64,000 nucleotides of DNA, taken from contig CAWJQQ010000009.1 in the NCBI GenBank assembly GCA_963845065.1, forward strand, positions 640,001-704,000, in the 5' to 3' direction. Source of the DNA: Nitrospirota bacterium. GTDB taxonomy: Bacteria; Nitrospirota; UBA9217. The notes below the pieces were generated by a model that worked only from the letters and a program-made list of their open reading frames with translations, was not told where the DNA came from and ran no database searches. Numbering within the stretch: the stretch's first letter is position 1; each line of letters begins with the position of its first letter. Made by a program: the position numbers and the translations under genes. Positions 31,096 to 42,547 of the stretch are shown here, piece by piece.

Positions 31096-33003
31096 TCAGG
31101 CATCCTGCTTCCCCTGCGTCACCCTGGCCTTGGCTTCGGTGATGACCCGCTCGATCTCCGCCTTGTCGAGGACTTCCTCCTTCATGAGTGCATTCGCAAG
31201 GGGATCGAGCATGATCCGGTTCTTCGTGAGGATTTCCATGGCAGTGTTTTCAGCTTCCTTGATCAACCGCTGGATCTCCTGGTCCATGATCCAGGCCATT
31301 TCATCGCTATAGCGCTTAGGCTGCGCGAGTTCCATTCCAAGAAAGGGGTGCTCTTCGCCTCTACCGAGGTTTACCGGCCCAACCTTATCGCTCATGCCCC
31401 ACTGGGCCACCATCTTCTCTGCAAGAGATGTAGCTTCTTTCAAATCGCTCTGAGCGCCGCTGCTCACATCGTTGAATACGATCTTCTCTGCGCTTCTTCC
31501 GCCGAGGGCGACACTTAGCTTGTTCATGAGGTAGGTTCGGGGATAATAATGCCGGTCTTCTTCGGGCAGAAGCTGCGTGACGCCCATAGCCATCCCCCTC
31601 GGAATTATACTCACCTTGTAGATCGGATCCGTACCCGGTAGCTCCCAGGCCACGAGGGCATGCCCTGCTTCGTGGTATGCGGTGATCTTCTTTTCATTGT
31701 CCGTGATCGTCTCTTCGCGCACGATGCCCATAAGTTGTGTGTCTCGGGCATCCTCGAAGTCGCTCATGTGGATGACCGTTTGGTTCTTCCTAAGCGCCAC
31801 GAGGGCAGCCTGGTTAGCGAGGTTCTCGAGATCGGCGCCGGTCATGCCCGGCGTTCCCCGGGCAACGGTATCGAGATTCACGTCCTCAGCAAGGAACTTT
31901 TTCTTAACGTGGACTTCGAGGATTGCCCTGCGTTCCTTCCATCCCGGCCGATCAACGACGATATGTTTGTCGAATCGGCCGGGCCGCAGCAGAGCCGGAT
32001 CAAGGACGTCGGGCCTATTCGTCGCTGCCATGACAATGACCTCTTCATGGGGGTCAAACCCGTCCATTTCACTCAGAAGCTGGTTTAATGTCTGTTCCCG
32101 TTCGTCATGTCCTCCACCGAATCCCGCGCCCCGCGTCCGCCCCACGGCGTCAATCTCGTCGATGAAGATGATGCTAGGATGAGTATCTCGCGCCTTCTTG
32201 AACATGTCGCGAACCCTCGACGCACCGACGCCGACGAACATCTCGATAAACTCAGATGCGCTGATACTGTAAAACGGAACGCCCGCCTCTCCGGCAGAGG
32301 CCCGCGCAAGCAATGTCTTACCCGTGCCGGGCGGTCCGATCAGGAGAACGCCCTTCGGCACCTTAGCTCCGATCTTTTCAAATTTCGCAGGATCTTTCAG
32401 GAACTCGATGGATTCCATGAGTTCTCGCTTCACGTTATCAAGACCTGCAACGTCCCTGAACGTCACTTTGGGCCGTTTGACGTCATACAGCTTGGCCTTG
32501 CTCTGGCCAAAGGTAAAGAGCCCGCCCGCTCCGCCCTGGATCTGCTGTGCGCGGCGCATCATAAAAAACCAGAATCCGAGTATGACCACCCAGGGAAGCA
32601 TGCTGAGAACTAAGTCCCAAAATTGAGAACTCTGTTCCGGAGGTTCTACGGTAATGGCCACGTTTTTCGCGTCGAGCTTAGTAAGCAGATCCTCGCCTTG
32701 GAAATTAGGAAGGTATGTTTGGAAGTATTGCACTGATACGGCGTTTGTTGAATCAACGGGCTTGATCTCCGTTTTTTTCACGAATTCGCCGTTCACTCGC
32801 ATTTTTTGGATGGATATGGACTTGATGTTTGAGGCGTCGAGCTGCTTCAGGAATTCAGTGTAGGTGATGGAACGGCGCTCCGGACCAGACGGCTTATTAA
32901 CCTGTTGCCAAATTGTAAAAGCGACAACAGCCAGTACAATGACAATGATAAATCTTGCTTGTGGGCTTTTGATCTGGTTGAACTTGCCTTCGGTGGATGC
33001 CAT
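31096..33003 (-). CDS. ftsH: ATP-dependent zinc metalloprotease FtsH
   Basis: 2 TM segments, [42 protein letters not shown]. Confidence 0.97.
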   Translation of the reverse strand: MASTEGKFNQIKSPQARFIIVIVLAVVAFTIWQQVNKPSGPERRSITYTEFLKQLDASNIKSISIQKMRVNGEFVKKTEIKPVDSTNAVSVQYFQTYLPNFQGEDLLTKLDAKNVAITVEPPEQSSQFWDLVLSMLPWVVILGFWFFMMRRAQQIQGGAGGLFTFGQSKAKLYDVKRPKVTFRDVAGLDNVKRELMESIEFLKDPAKFEKIGAKVPKGVLLIGPPGTGKTLLARASAGEAGVPFYSISASEFIEMFVGVGASRVRDMFKKARDTHPSIIFIDEIDAVGRTRGAGFGGGHDEREQTLNQLLSEMDGFDPHEEVIVMAATNRPDVLDPALLRPGRFDKHIVVDRPGWKERRAILEVHVKKKFLAEDVNLDTVARGTPGMTGADLENLANQAALVALRKNQTVIHMSDFEDARDTQLMGIVREETITDNEKKITAYHEAGHALVAWELPGTDPIYKVSIIPRGMAMGVTQLLPEEDRHYYPRTYLMNKLSVALGGRSAEKIVFNDVSSGAQSDLKEATSLAEKMVAQWGMSDKVGPVNLGRGEEHPFLGMELAQPKRYSDEMAWIMDQEIQRLIKEAENTAMEILTKNRIMLDPLANALMKEEVLDKAEIERVITEAKARVTQGKQDA

Positions 33004-34145
33004 ATAGTTATTTTACCATAAGTCACAAAACATCTAATCCTTGCCTTAGTGAGGATAGAACTGTCTGCGAACGCAGCCCAAAAAAATGGGTGATCTGTGT
33101 GTATGAAGTGAGTGCCGCACGATCCAGTCCGCTTCAATGCGTAAGGACATAGACGTTAATTTTGAAAGTAATCCCGGTGAAAAATACGTCGATATTATAC
33201 TCATTCTGCCATTGAAACCTGACTGGCACGACTTATGAATGTAAAAATAGGATCAGAAGTGCAGCAAACATAATGTTAAGCATGAATAAAGAGTGTACTG
33301 TAAATCCATATTTAACTTTGGCTAAGTAAGCGTTTATTCAAGTATAACAATTATTTGGTAATAATATTTCTATTACTATAGCCTTATGTAGGACATTTAT
33401 TTGCAAAAAAAAGCCGCAATTTCGATTTTTGCAACCAAACTAACGATTCCAGTAACTTTTGCAAACAGGCGCTTCTTCACAATGTTCTTGTTGACATGCA
33501 TATCGAAAAATTGTTGGGGAGAGTAGAGCCGTTTCACGATGTGAGTTAAAGACAAAAGGAAAGTAACTATGCCTTCGATAATAGCATGGAAAAACAATTC
33601 CCGTGAATATTTTAGCTACTTCTGCGAAACGAATACCTAGCGTCCGAATCTTTAGAGCGTGTCTTGCAAATTGATCACTCGTATTGTTTGCGTCGTTTAT
33701 TTTTTGGCTTGAGGATGAATATATCAAAAATTAGTAAACCTTCCTTTAATTATCACGTTATTGCCCTATAACAAAACGAATTTGTGAATGCAAAAGGATC
33801 TTGTATTGACTGGACAGCAAGAGCGGATAATTACTACTTGTAGGGTGATTTGTCTGGAGATTCTATTCTACATCATTAAGTGATTCGGCTTCTCGGAGCC
33901 GTGAATTGGCTGTAATTTTGCCATTATAGCTCTATTTTCATCTATTAAATCCAAACCCGATTTATCCACGCTATAATTAAGTATAGGAAATGATAAACGC
34001 TAACTCGCCAAATACTGCTAGGCATGAAAGTCTTCTATTCCGGAGAACAAAAATATAAAAAAAGCGTCAGGATCCAAGTCATCTGCAAGGCGGTCATCCA
34101 GAAATATTCAGACATCCGAACTGCCACGTTAGGTGGAGGGAGAAT

Positions 34146-35684
34146 ATGGATTTTCTCAAGAGTTTAGGCATTGAGAGCCGAAATTTAGGGGCATCTACTG
34201 GTTCCTGGTGGAACTGTGATGACGACGGTCTTATGCTGAAGGTTATCTCTCCGGTAGACGGTAAGATCGTTGCCTCCGTCAAGCAGACCTCCATGCAGGA
34301 GTACGAAAGGGTGGTAAGGACAGCTGAATCCGCGTTTGCCATCTGGCGCATGGTTCCAGCACCGAAGCGGGGCGATATTGTCCGACAGATTGGTCTCAAG
34401 CTCCGGGCCTTCAAGGAACCGCTTGGCATGCTGGTTTCCTACGAGATGGGCAAGTCCCTTCAAGAGGGGCTGGGTGAAGTGCAGGAGATGGTAGATATCT
34501 GCGATTTCGCGGTGGGACAATCACGGATGCTTTATGGTCTTACCATGCACTCCGAGCGGGGACGGCACCGGATGTACGAGCAGTATCATCCGTTGGGACC
34601 TATCGGCATCGTGACCTCTTTTAATTTTCCCGTCGCGGTATGGTCCTGGAACGCCATGATCGCTGCGGTTTGCGGCAATGTGATGATCTGGAAACCTTCG
34701 TCCAAAGTCCCTCTTTCTGCCATTGCCGTGCAGAAGATCCTCGCCGAAGTAATGAAAGAAAATAACCTACCCGAAGGGATATTCTCTCTTGTGATCGGCC
34801 AGGGCTCCACCATCGGAGAGGCTCTGCTTGGTGATCGGCGTGTGCCACTAATCTCTTTCACTGGCTCGGTGCCAGTGGGCCGCTATGCGGCCGAGATGGT
34901 GGCGAAACGACTCGGGAAAACAATTCTGGAGCTTTCCGGCAACAACGCAGTCATCCTAACGGAGCACACGGACCTCCCGCTCGCCCTTCGTGCTGTCGTG
35001 TTTGGTGCCGTTGGGACAGCAGGCCAGCGCTGTACAACCATACGAAGGCTGATCGTTCACAATGCGGTCTATTCCGGGGTCCGGGAGGCGCTGGTAAAAG
35101 CCTATAAAGGGCTTCGCATCGGGAATCCTCTGGATAAAAATTATAATGTCGGCCCCTTGATAGACAGGAATGCAGTCGATGTATTTATCGAGGCACTAAA
35201 AAAGGGCCTGGAGCAGGGATGCCGCTTGGTTTACGGCGGGAGGTTGCTCACGGGGGAAGGGTATGAGTCGGGATGCTATGTGGTCCCCGCCATCGTCGAG
35301 GCGGAAAACGATGTTCCTATCGTGCAAGAGGAGACCTTCGGTCCGCTCCTCTATCTCATACGATATACTGGTGAGGTGTCCAAGGCCATTGATCTGCAGA
35401 ATGATGCAAAACTTGGCCTCTCGTCAGCCGTTTTCACCACCGACCTGAGACAGACAGAGGAGTATCTCTCAGCCGCAGGCTCCGACTGCGGTATTGCGAA
35501 CGTCAACGTTGGCACGTCGGGTGCTGAGATCGGCGGTGCCTTCGGAGGCGAAAAGGAAACGGGCGGCGGCCGGGAATCCGGCTCAGACGCCTGGAAGGCG
35601 TACATGCGCCGCCAGACGGTGACCATCAATTATGGCACCGAATTGCCACTGTCCCAAGGGATAAAATTTGACATTGAGCCTTGA
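34146..35684 (+). CDS. pcd: ALDH7-type aldehyde dehydrogenase (piperideine-6-carboxylate/aminoadipate-semialdehyde dehydrogenase)
   Basis: EGLGEVQEMVDICDFAVGQSR, GTAGQRCTT, GAEIGGAFGGEKETGGGRESGSDAWK. Confidence 0.9.
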   Translation: MDFLKSLGIESRNLGASTGSWWNCDDDGLMLKVISPVDGKIVASVKQTSMQEYERVVRTAESAFAIWRMVPAPKRGDIVRQIGLKLRAFKEPLGMLVSYEMGKSLQEGLGEVQEMVDICDFAVGQSRMLYGLTMHSERGRHRMYEQYHPLGPIGIVTSFNFPVAVWSWNAMIAAVCGNVMIWKPSSKVPLSAIAVQKILAEVMKENNLPEGIFSLVIGQGSTIGEALLGDRRVPLISFTGSVPVGRYAAEMVAKRLGKTILELSGNNAVILTEHTDLPLALRAVVFGAVGTAGQRCTTIRRLIVHNAVYSGVREALVKAYKGLRIGNPLDKNYNVGPLIDRNAVDVFIEALKKGLEQGCRLVYGGRLLTGEGYESGCYVVPAIVEAENDVPIVQEETFGPLLYLIRYTGEVSKAIDLQNDAKLGLSSAVFTTDLRQTEEYLSAAGSDCGIANVNVGTSGAEIGGAFGGEKETGGGRESGSDAWKAYMRRQTVTINYGTELPLSQGIKFDIEP

Positions 35685-35798
35685 GTCATGGATGAGTGTG
35701 TGATTTTGAACCTTAAATTTAAACGAAATTAAAATTATCTATATTCAAAATGCTGAATATCGGAACTTGGAACTTATTTAAGATGTTGTGTTTAGGAA

Positions 35799-37190
35799 TT
35801 GATGTTTGCTCTAAATCTGGAGGCGCCAGTGATTGAACCTAAAGACGTGAAAGCAACCCTGGCCAGGCATCTTTTGGCAGAGGGGTTCGACATCATCTTC
35901 GATGAGAGTCAATCGCGTGGAAACTGGCTGGTAGACAAACGCAACGGCGACCGCTACCTCGACTTTTTCTCCATGTATGCTTCGATGGCGGTGGGCTACA
36001 ACCACCCACGCCTGGTCGAGAAGCGGGACTCGTTAGGACGCCTTGCAGTGAACAAACCCTCCAACTGCGACGTGTACTCGACCGCATTCGCGGAATTCGC
36101 CGAGACTTTTTCCCGGACCGTCATTCCTGCCCATCTTCCCCATGCCTTTTTCATCGAAGGAGGTGCTTTGGCCGTAGAAAACGCCCTCAAGACTGCCTTT
36201 GACTGGAAAGTACGGAAAAACCTCAGCCGTAGCGCCGGATTGGAAATAGGTACCCAGGTTATCCACTTCAGGCAGGCCTTTCACGGCCGGAGCGGCTACA
36301 CCCTCTCTCTCACGAATACCTTCGATCCTCGTAAAACCAAGTTCTTTCCGAAGTTTTCTTGGCCGCGCATTGTCAATCCGAAAATCGTCTTCCCTCACAC
36401 TGAAGAAAATCTGGCTGCAGTTCGAGCAATCGAGGATGAAGCGCTGGAGGAAATCCGCCGTGTCATCGACCGAGAGGGCGGGGACATCGCGGCTCTGATC
36501 ATCGAGCCGATCCAAGGCGAAGGCGGAGACAACCATTTTCGAACGGAATTCCTCCAAGCCCTGCGCAAGATCTGCGACGAGTGGGATATTATGTTCATCC
36601 TGGACGAGATTCAGACCGGCGTGGGCCTCACTGGGAGGTTCTGGGCTTACGAGCACTTCGATATAAATCCGGACATACTGGTGTTCGGCAAGAAGACTCA
36701 AGTATGCGGAATCCTCGCCTCGAGTCGTGTTGAAGAGGTTGGCTGCCATGTGTTCAGCGAGCGGAGTCGCATCAGCTCAACCTTCGGCGGAAACCTCGTT
36801 GACATGGCACGTTGCACCCATATTCTTCGCATCATCGAGGAGGAGCGTCTGGTTGAAAACGCCCGCGTCCAGGGGGATCTCCTGCTTCGCGAACTGCAGG
36901 GCCTTGCAGAGGATTTCCCCGACGTTATCTCCAATCCCCGGGGTCGAGGACTGATGTGCGCCATGGATGCGCCGGACAGTGGGACGCGCGATAGGCTCCT
37001 GATGGCCTTCCTGCAGGAAAAACTGCTCATAGTAGGAAGCGGTGAACGTAGCATCCGTTTTCGCCCCCATCTTGTTGTTACGGCCGATGTAATCCTGCAG
37101 GGAATTGAGATCATCCGCGGTGTTTTGAATAAGGGCGACTATGACCGGATTGAACTCACAGCCGACGCCTGTCAAGGATGGGGGACGTAA
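35799..37190 (+). CDS. lat: L-lysine 6-transaminase
   Basis: NKPSN.DVYS, GALAVENALK.AFDWK, FHGRSGYTLSLTNT, EPIQGEGGDNHF, DEIQTG, FGKKTQVCG. Confidence 0.93.
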   Translation: MMFALNLEAPVIEPKDVKATLARHLLAEGFDIIFDESQSRGNWLVDKRNGDRYLDFFSMYASMAVGYNHPRLVEKRDSLGRLAVNKPSNCDVYSTAFAEFAETFSRTVIPAHLPHAFFIEGGALAVENALKTAFDWKVRKNLSRSAGLEIGTQVIHFRQAFHGRSGYTLSLTNTFDPRKTKFFPKFSWPRIVNPKIVFPHTEENLAAVRAIEDEALEEIRRVIDREGGDIAALIIEPIQGEGGDNHFRTEFLQALRKICDEWDIMFILDEIQTGVGLTGRFWAYEHFDINPDILVFGKKTQVCGILASSRVEEVGCHVFSERSRISSTFGGNLVDMARCTHILRIIEEERLVENARVQGDLLLRELQGLAEDFPDVISNPRGRGLMCAMDAPDSGTRDRLLMAFLQEKLLIVGSGERSIRFRPHLVVTADVILQGIEIIRGVLNKGDYDRIELTADACQGWGT

Positions 37191-38770
37191 TGGGGATCGC
37201 CGGGACCCGCGTCGCGGAAAAGCTTCGAGAGGTTGTGCGAGGCCGCGTGATCAACGACCACGAATCATTGACCAAGTTTGCCCGTGACCGGAGCATTTAT
37301 GATATAAGGCCGATGGCTGTGGTTCTTCCCGAGGACGGTGAAGATATCCAGAGACTTCTCGAATTTTCAGCGCGAGAAGGGCTGCCGGTTACGCCGCGCG
37401 GCGGGGGTTCGGGGCTCGCCGGGAGTGCGCTGGGCCAAGGGGTTGTTATAGCCCTGCCGCAAAATGACGTCTGGGCGAAAATTAGCGATTTTTCAGAAAC
37501 CCCTAACTCGGCCAGGGTATCTGCCTCGGCCGGAGTTTATCACAACGAGCTCCAGAAATTTCTCAATGAGCGAGGGTTCTTTCTTCCGGCCGATGTCACG
37601 AGCGCTGAGATCAGCCGCATTGGCGGCAATATCGCAACCAAGGCGAGCGGGCCACACGCGCTCAAGTACGGCTCTATCGACCGTTTTTTGGAACAAGTGG
37701 AATTTGTAACTGCCGGGGGAGAGCTAGTCGACACTGCGGACGAAAGGACCATCCCGACGCGTTTCAGGAAAGGCCTAGCGGACCTCGAGCGAAAGATTAG
37801 GGCTAGTGCGGCTGCACGGGGATTGCTAGAGAAACGCATGGGGTTAAAGACGGCGAGCGGCTACAATCTCTTCGCCTTTCTGAAAGAGCTCTCACCGGGG
37901 GAACTAATCGCCCAGCTTCTAGCCGGTAGTGTAGGTACCCTAGGATTCATCACCCGTGCCACGCTTCGAGGCGAGGTCCTGGAGCTTGACCGCGCAGCCG
38001 TCCTTCTCTTTTTTGATGATCTGCCCGAGACCGGCCGAGCGGTGATTTCTCTGCGGGAAATGGATGTCGCCTCGATTGAGCTCATCAGTCGCAACACGGT
38101 CCACGTTATTAGCGAACAGGCCGCGGTCCCCAAGAGCTTTCTTGCGGACGCCCATATTCTTTTCGTGGAGCTGACAGGGCCTGATCGACGGAGCAAGATA
38201 GAACAGATTACCAAGCGCCTCGAGAAAAGAGGCCTAACAATGAGTTCACCACCTGCGATTGCTATAACTGAGAACGAGATTGAAAAGCTGTGGAAGCTTC
38301 GCAAACAAGTCCTATGGTTTATCGAGCACGCGAAACCCGGCATCCGAGCCCTCACGGTAGTCAATGACGTGGCTGTTCCTCCCGAGCGCCTTGCAGAGTT
38401 CATCAGCGATGCGCAGAAGGTATTCAACAAGCATGGCATGATGGCACTTATGTACGGTCATGCCGGAAACGGCAACCTCCATTTGCGGCCGCTCTTCGAT
38501 ATGTCCTTGCCGGACCTCGCGGGACGTATCCAGCGGCTTGTAGACGATGTATATGAAACGGTGTTCCGTCACAATGGTACCATGACTGCCGAGCACGGCA
38601 TGGGGAGGTTGCGGGCACCCTATCTAAAAAGGGAGTGGGGCGATGTGCTCTATACTTATATGCGGGAAGTCAAGACCATATTCGATCCACATGATATACT
38701 CAATCCGGGGACCATGTTCAGCGACGCGCCGATCACCGATAACATGCGGCCTGATCTTCTTAAACAGTAA
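37178..38770 (+). CDS. FAD-linked oxidase (VAO/PCMH family; D-2-hydroxyacid dehydrogenase-like)
   Basis: PRGGGSGLAG, IGGNIAT.ASG, GSVGTLG, GHAGNGNLH, AEHGMG, FDP..ILNPG. Confidence 0.9.
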   Translation: MGDVMGIAGTRVAEKLREVVRGRVINDHESLTKFARDRSIYDIRPMAVVLPEDGEDIQRLLEFSAREGLPVTPRGGGSGLAGSALGQGVVIALPQNDVWAKISDFSETPNSARVSASAGVYHNELQKFLNERGFFLPADVTSAEISRIGGNIATKASGPHALKYGSIDRFLEQVEFVTAGGELVDTADERTIPTRFRKGLADLERKIRASAAARGLLEKRMGLKTASGYNLFAFLKELSPGELIAQLLAGSVGTLGFITRATLRGEVLELDRAAVLLFFDDLPETGRAVISLREMDVASIELISRNTVHVISEQAAVPKSFLADAHILFVELTGPDRRSKIEQITKRLEKRGLTMSSPPAIAITENEIEKLWKLRKQVLWFIEHAKPGIRALTVVNDVAVPPERLAEFISDAQKVFNKHGMMALMYGHAGNGNLHLRPLFDMSLPDLAGRIQRLVDDVYETVFRHNGTMTAEHGMGRLRAPYLKREWGDVLYTYMREVKTIFDPHDILNPGTMFSDAPITDNMRPDLLKQ

Positions 38771-38907
38771 AAACGAACAACTATTTACCATGGAGGATGC
38801 AGAGGAATTCAGTGTAAGACTTAGCCACTAATACACAGATGGCCAATGTTTTTTTGCTGTAGATTTTGTTTTTTGAATGTATAAACTTTGAGGTGGGGGA
38901 TTTGTCC

Positions 38908-40266
38908 ATGGAAGAAGAAAAAGGTTTCTACTGGGAAAGGCAGGCCGAGGCGGAAAAGACGTGTCTCGATCTCCTTGAAGACTGCAAACGAAAAAATTCC
39001 TATCTTGCGCATTTTGAGCATAAACTCATCCAACTGACCAGTTCTCGCCTGTTCGACTGGGCGGATCACATTGTTGTCCAAGACACGAAACGGACAAAGG
39101 AAATATTTGAAAAGGTCGGCTTCGTGAAACAACCGGGCACAAGGTGTGAAGCACTGTACCATCCTGGGGCGCTCTTGCCAAGAATCGTCATAACCGGGCA
39201 GTCCTCTGGGATGAACCAGGGTGTGGCCTTGCGAGTGGACAACATCGGCGACTTTCTACAGGCAAACGGGTACCGTGCCGAGATCGAGGGCGGACCACTC
39301 ACCCCCTATCGCCGTGCCGTGGTGGGCATGGAAGAGAGGGTCGGCATGATGGTTGTGGAGCGAAGAGGGACTATGGACTATGATCCTGTTTCTCTTTCCG
39401 ATATACATCAGCGGAACTATCTGGAGGGAGTGGAGGCGTGGCAAAAACGGCCACGGCATGGTGAGAACGAAGAGGATATATTTGGAGAAATATTTCGGAT
39501 TGCGGATCGTCTTGTCCGGCAACTGGGAACGGACACGGCCGCTACCATCGTTTGCCAATGTGAGCGTGCCTATTGGCTTTCACGCAACTTTGCGGCCCGA
39601 GTGCAACGAGGGCGCCACGACACGCTCGGGATGGGATGGGCAAATCACGACCATCACACGTTTCGCAGTTCTCGACGAAATTTTTACAGGCTTGTGGATC
39701 TTTTCACGAGATTAGGGTTCCAAAACCGGGAGCGGTTCTACGCCGGTGCGGAGGCGGGGTGGGGTGCTCAGGTTATGGAGAATGTCGCAGCCGGGCTCGT
39801 TCTCTTTCTCGATGTGGATCTGGCACCTGAGGAAGTTGCTACGGAATTCTTCCGGGAGGAACTCAAGGATATGGGTCAACTCGGCACAGTAGGATTATGG
39901 TGCGCCCTCCATGGCGATTCCATTCTCCAAGCCGGGATGCACCATTTTGCTGCACGGTACGATTTTGAACATCTAATAGCGGATCTAGCCCGCTTGGGCG
40001 TCGGATATATGACGCCGTTCAGTAACTTTCCATATTTCAAACAGGCATTCAGCATCGCTGAGCGATGGGAGGCAGATCCGGCGAGGGTGACGAAGCTAAT
40101 CAAGGATAAGTCCATCACCAATGAACAGGGTGAGCGGTTTTTCAATCAGGGTGCGGTCGGCAGCCACTTAGAAAATATCGAGCGGCGAGAAGGGTATAAA
40201 GGTTTCAACAGGAAGAATGTGAGCGCCATCATTCGACAGACCGACCCGAGAGGGAACATGGCCTAA
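38908..40266 (+). CDS. Uncharacterised VOC/glyoxalase-like metalloprotein (possible HglS analogue)
   Basis: ~452 aa; NHDHHTFRS, GMHHFAAR, HLENIERR.GYKGF motifs; last gene of the lysine cluster. Confidence 0.65.
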   Translation: MEEEKGFYWERQAEAEKTCLDLLEDCKRKNSYLAHFEHKLIQLTSSRLFDWADHIVVQDTKRTKEIFEKVGFVKQPGTRCEALYHPGALLPRIVITGQSSGMNQGVALRVDNIGDFLQANGYRAEIEGGPLTPYRRAVVGMEERVGMMVVERRGTMDYDPVSLSDIHQRNYLEGVEAWQKRPRHGENEEDIFGEIFRIADRLVRQLGTDTAATIVCQCERAYWLSRNFAARVQRGRHDTLGMGWANHDHHTFRSSRRNFYRLVDLFTRLGFQNRERFYAGAEAGWGAQVMENVAAGLVLFLDVDLAPEEVATEFFREELKDMGQLGTVGLWCALHGDSILQAGMHHFAARYDFEHLIADLARLGVGYMTPFSNFPYFKQAFSIAERWEADPARVTKLIKDKSITNEQGERFFNQGAVGSHLENIERREGYKGFNRKNVSAIIRQTDPRGNMA

Positions 40267-40279
40267 AGGGGTTCGGACG

Positions 40280-40503
40280 CTGACCTCCCCATGTCTAAAG
40301 CTCAGGGTCCTCACGGCTGTACCAAGAGGTCCTCTGACAATGGGAATAATATCGCCGGCCACGGCTGTCGTTGTTCCTCCTTTAACGTGCGACCATCTCT
40401 GTCTTCGGATTAATCCGAAGCTGGCCGGATGGATCCGATCTATTACAGTTTGTTATAACACCCTTCGACACCGCCCGTTCCAGGAGTCGGGTTTGCATCA
40501 GGT
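40280..40503 (-). ncRNA. Second stand-alone TnpB omegaRNA/right-end-like region
   Basis: Reverse complement GCAAACCCGACTCCTGGAACGGGCGGTGTCG..GGATCCATCCGGCCAGCTTCGG..AGACAGAG..TTTAGACATGGGGAGGTCAG matches the 3' region of the tnpB element. Confidence 0.7.
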
Positions 40504-40507
40504 TAGG

Positions 40508-41857
40508 TGTTAAAGGTCACGACATCGTGGACAAATGTTCTTTGACAATCGAGTAGCCACATACTACTGTATCATGAACACCATTAAATCTATAGGAGGT
40601 GTTCATGAAAAAGAAACATCAGCAGGAGCGAGCAGCTGCTGTGCAATGGTTTCTTGCCGGAGAAGATCCTGCAGCCATCTGCGCCTCACTGGGTAGATCA
40701 CGTAGCTGGTTGTACAAATGGCTGGCCCGGCATATTCCTGACGATTCAGCTTGGTATGAAGGTTTATCACGACGACCACTCGTCAGCCCGTATCGCACAT
40801 CTGCTGAGATCGAACGGATCATTGAACTGGTGCGATTTAACTTGTACAACAAGGGACTCTTCTGTGGCAGCCAAGCCATCCGATGGGAGATGGAGGACAT
40901 GAGTGAGTGTTCAGCCGCTGCCCTCCATTCGCACAATTGGTCGCATTTTACGTCGTCGCGAATTGACTCATAAGCGGACCGGACGATATACCCCGAAGGG
41001 CAAAAAATATCCTTCGCTTCCGGCTTTTGCCCCTAACCAGACACATCAAGTCGATTTGGTCGGCCCCTGCTATCTTACCGGGCCAATTCGATTCTACAGC
41101 CTGAATGCGGTCGATACCGCGATCAACACCGTTGTGGAATAGAGCCAATGCTCTCCAAAGCTGCACAAAGCATTTTGGACGCTGTTTATGCGGTCTGGAC
41201 GCGTATGGGCATTCCTAAGAACCTTCAGGTGGACAATGAGTTGGTCTTTTATGGGAAGTCCAACCCAGCCACGGGGGATGGGGCCGCTTATCCGCCTCTG
41301 CTTGGTCTATGGGGTCAACCTCTGGTTTATCCCACCGGCCGAACCCTGGCGAAACGGAATAGTGGAGCAATTTAATAACCATTACTAACAGAAGTTTCTC
41401 TCCAAGGTCACGATGGCGTCAATGCCGCAATTAAGGCAAGAATCGCTTGACTTCGAGCACAGGCATAATAGCTTATATCGCTACAGCAAGATAAAGGGAA
41501 AACCCCACTTCAGGCATTGGCCTTTACAAAAGCGAAACTGATTTATCCCGGAAAGACTCACCCCCTGAAACATCCTCTGGATAAGCCATAGGAGGGATAT
41601 TATCATCTTGTGAGATTCATCCGGAGTGATTGCCGCTTGGACATCTTCGGGGAAACATTCTCTGCCCCACCGGAGACCCAATATGAATACGTTGTGGCTA
41701 CTATCGATGTCAAAGATCAAAAGCTTAAGGTCTTCCTGGATACGATCCAGGTCGAAGAATATCAATATCGACTGCGATGACCCATCGCAACTGCGTCACG
41801 GCATCGTCGGATATATAGTTTCAAAGTTGCGAGTCCACGATGTCGTGACAGTTGTCA
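40508..41857 (+). mobile_element. Degraded IS481/IS3-like element with frameshifted integrase-core transposase
   Basis: IR TG......GTCACGACATCGTGGAC at both ends; fragments SRSWLYKW, PNQTHQVD, LQVDNE, EPWRNGIVEQFN in different frames. Confidence 0.8.
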
Positions 41858-42118
41858 CTTAGTAACTTAAGTATTTCAGAGATTAGCAACCACAACTGTT
41901 GCAGAAAGAATAGCATTCCAAATAAAACGAACGCAATATGTTGCATTTAAATCGAATATTTGCAAGTAAGCACAATATTTCCAAAGTACGAAATATTCTT
42001 CAAAAAGTGCTGGCCTGTTGCTGAGCATCTGGGCAAACTGCTCCTGGTTGTACATCTCACTACGGATTTACTACAGCAACATGCTCAGATCTCAATTTGT
42101 CGTTTAGCCAGTTATATA

Positions 42119-42547
42119 CTATTTATCTAGGCTTGCTACCGTGAGCCGCGAGATACAAACAAGTTTATCCTTTTCATTATAAATCTTGATTTCCCATATT
42201 TGAGTAGTATTTCCAACATGAATCGGCTTCGCTACGCCGGTAACCCACCCATCAGTTACGGGACGGATATGATTTGCATTTATTTCAAGCCCAACTATTC
42301 CTTTCTTTTCTCTGTCCACGCATAATCCTGCCGCGACGCTTCCTAATGTCTCAGCCAATACAACCGAAGCCCCGCCATGGAGCAAGCCTAACGGCTGTTT
42401 TGTTCTGTAATCGACCGGCATCTTCGCTTTCAGATAATCTTCGCCTATCTCTAAATATTCAATTCCGAGATGATCGATCATTGTGTTTTTTGATCTCTCT
42501 TTGAGCTGATCTACTGTTGTCTGAGTTTTCCACAGAGCCATTATCAC
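42119..42547 (-). CDS. Hotdog-fold thioesterase (MenI/YdiI/PaaI family)
   Basis: QPLGLLHGGASVVLAETLGS, GLEINANH. Confidence 0.92.
   Translation of the reverse strand: MIMALWKTQTTVDQLKERSKNTMIDHLGIEYLEIGEDYLKAKMPVDYRTKQPLGLLHGGASVVLAETLGSVAAGLCVDREKKGIVGLEINANHIRPVTDGWVTGVAKPIHVGNTTQIWEIKIYNEKDKLVCISRLTVASLDK

Noticed and set aside
40502..41863. Target-site duplication for the IS481-like element
   Set aside because: Flanks GTTAGG and CTTAGT match at only 4 of 6 positions
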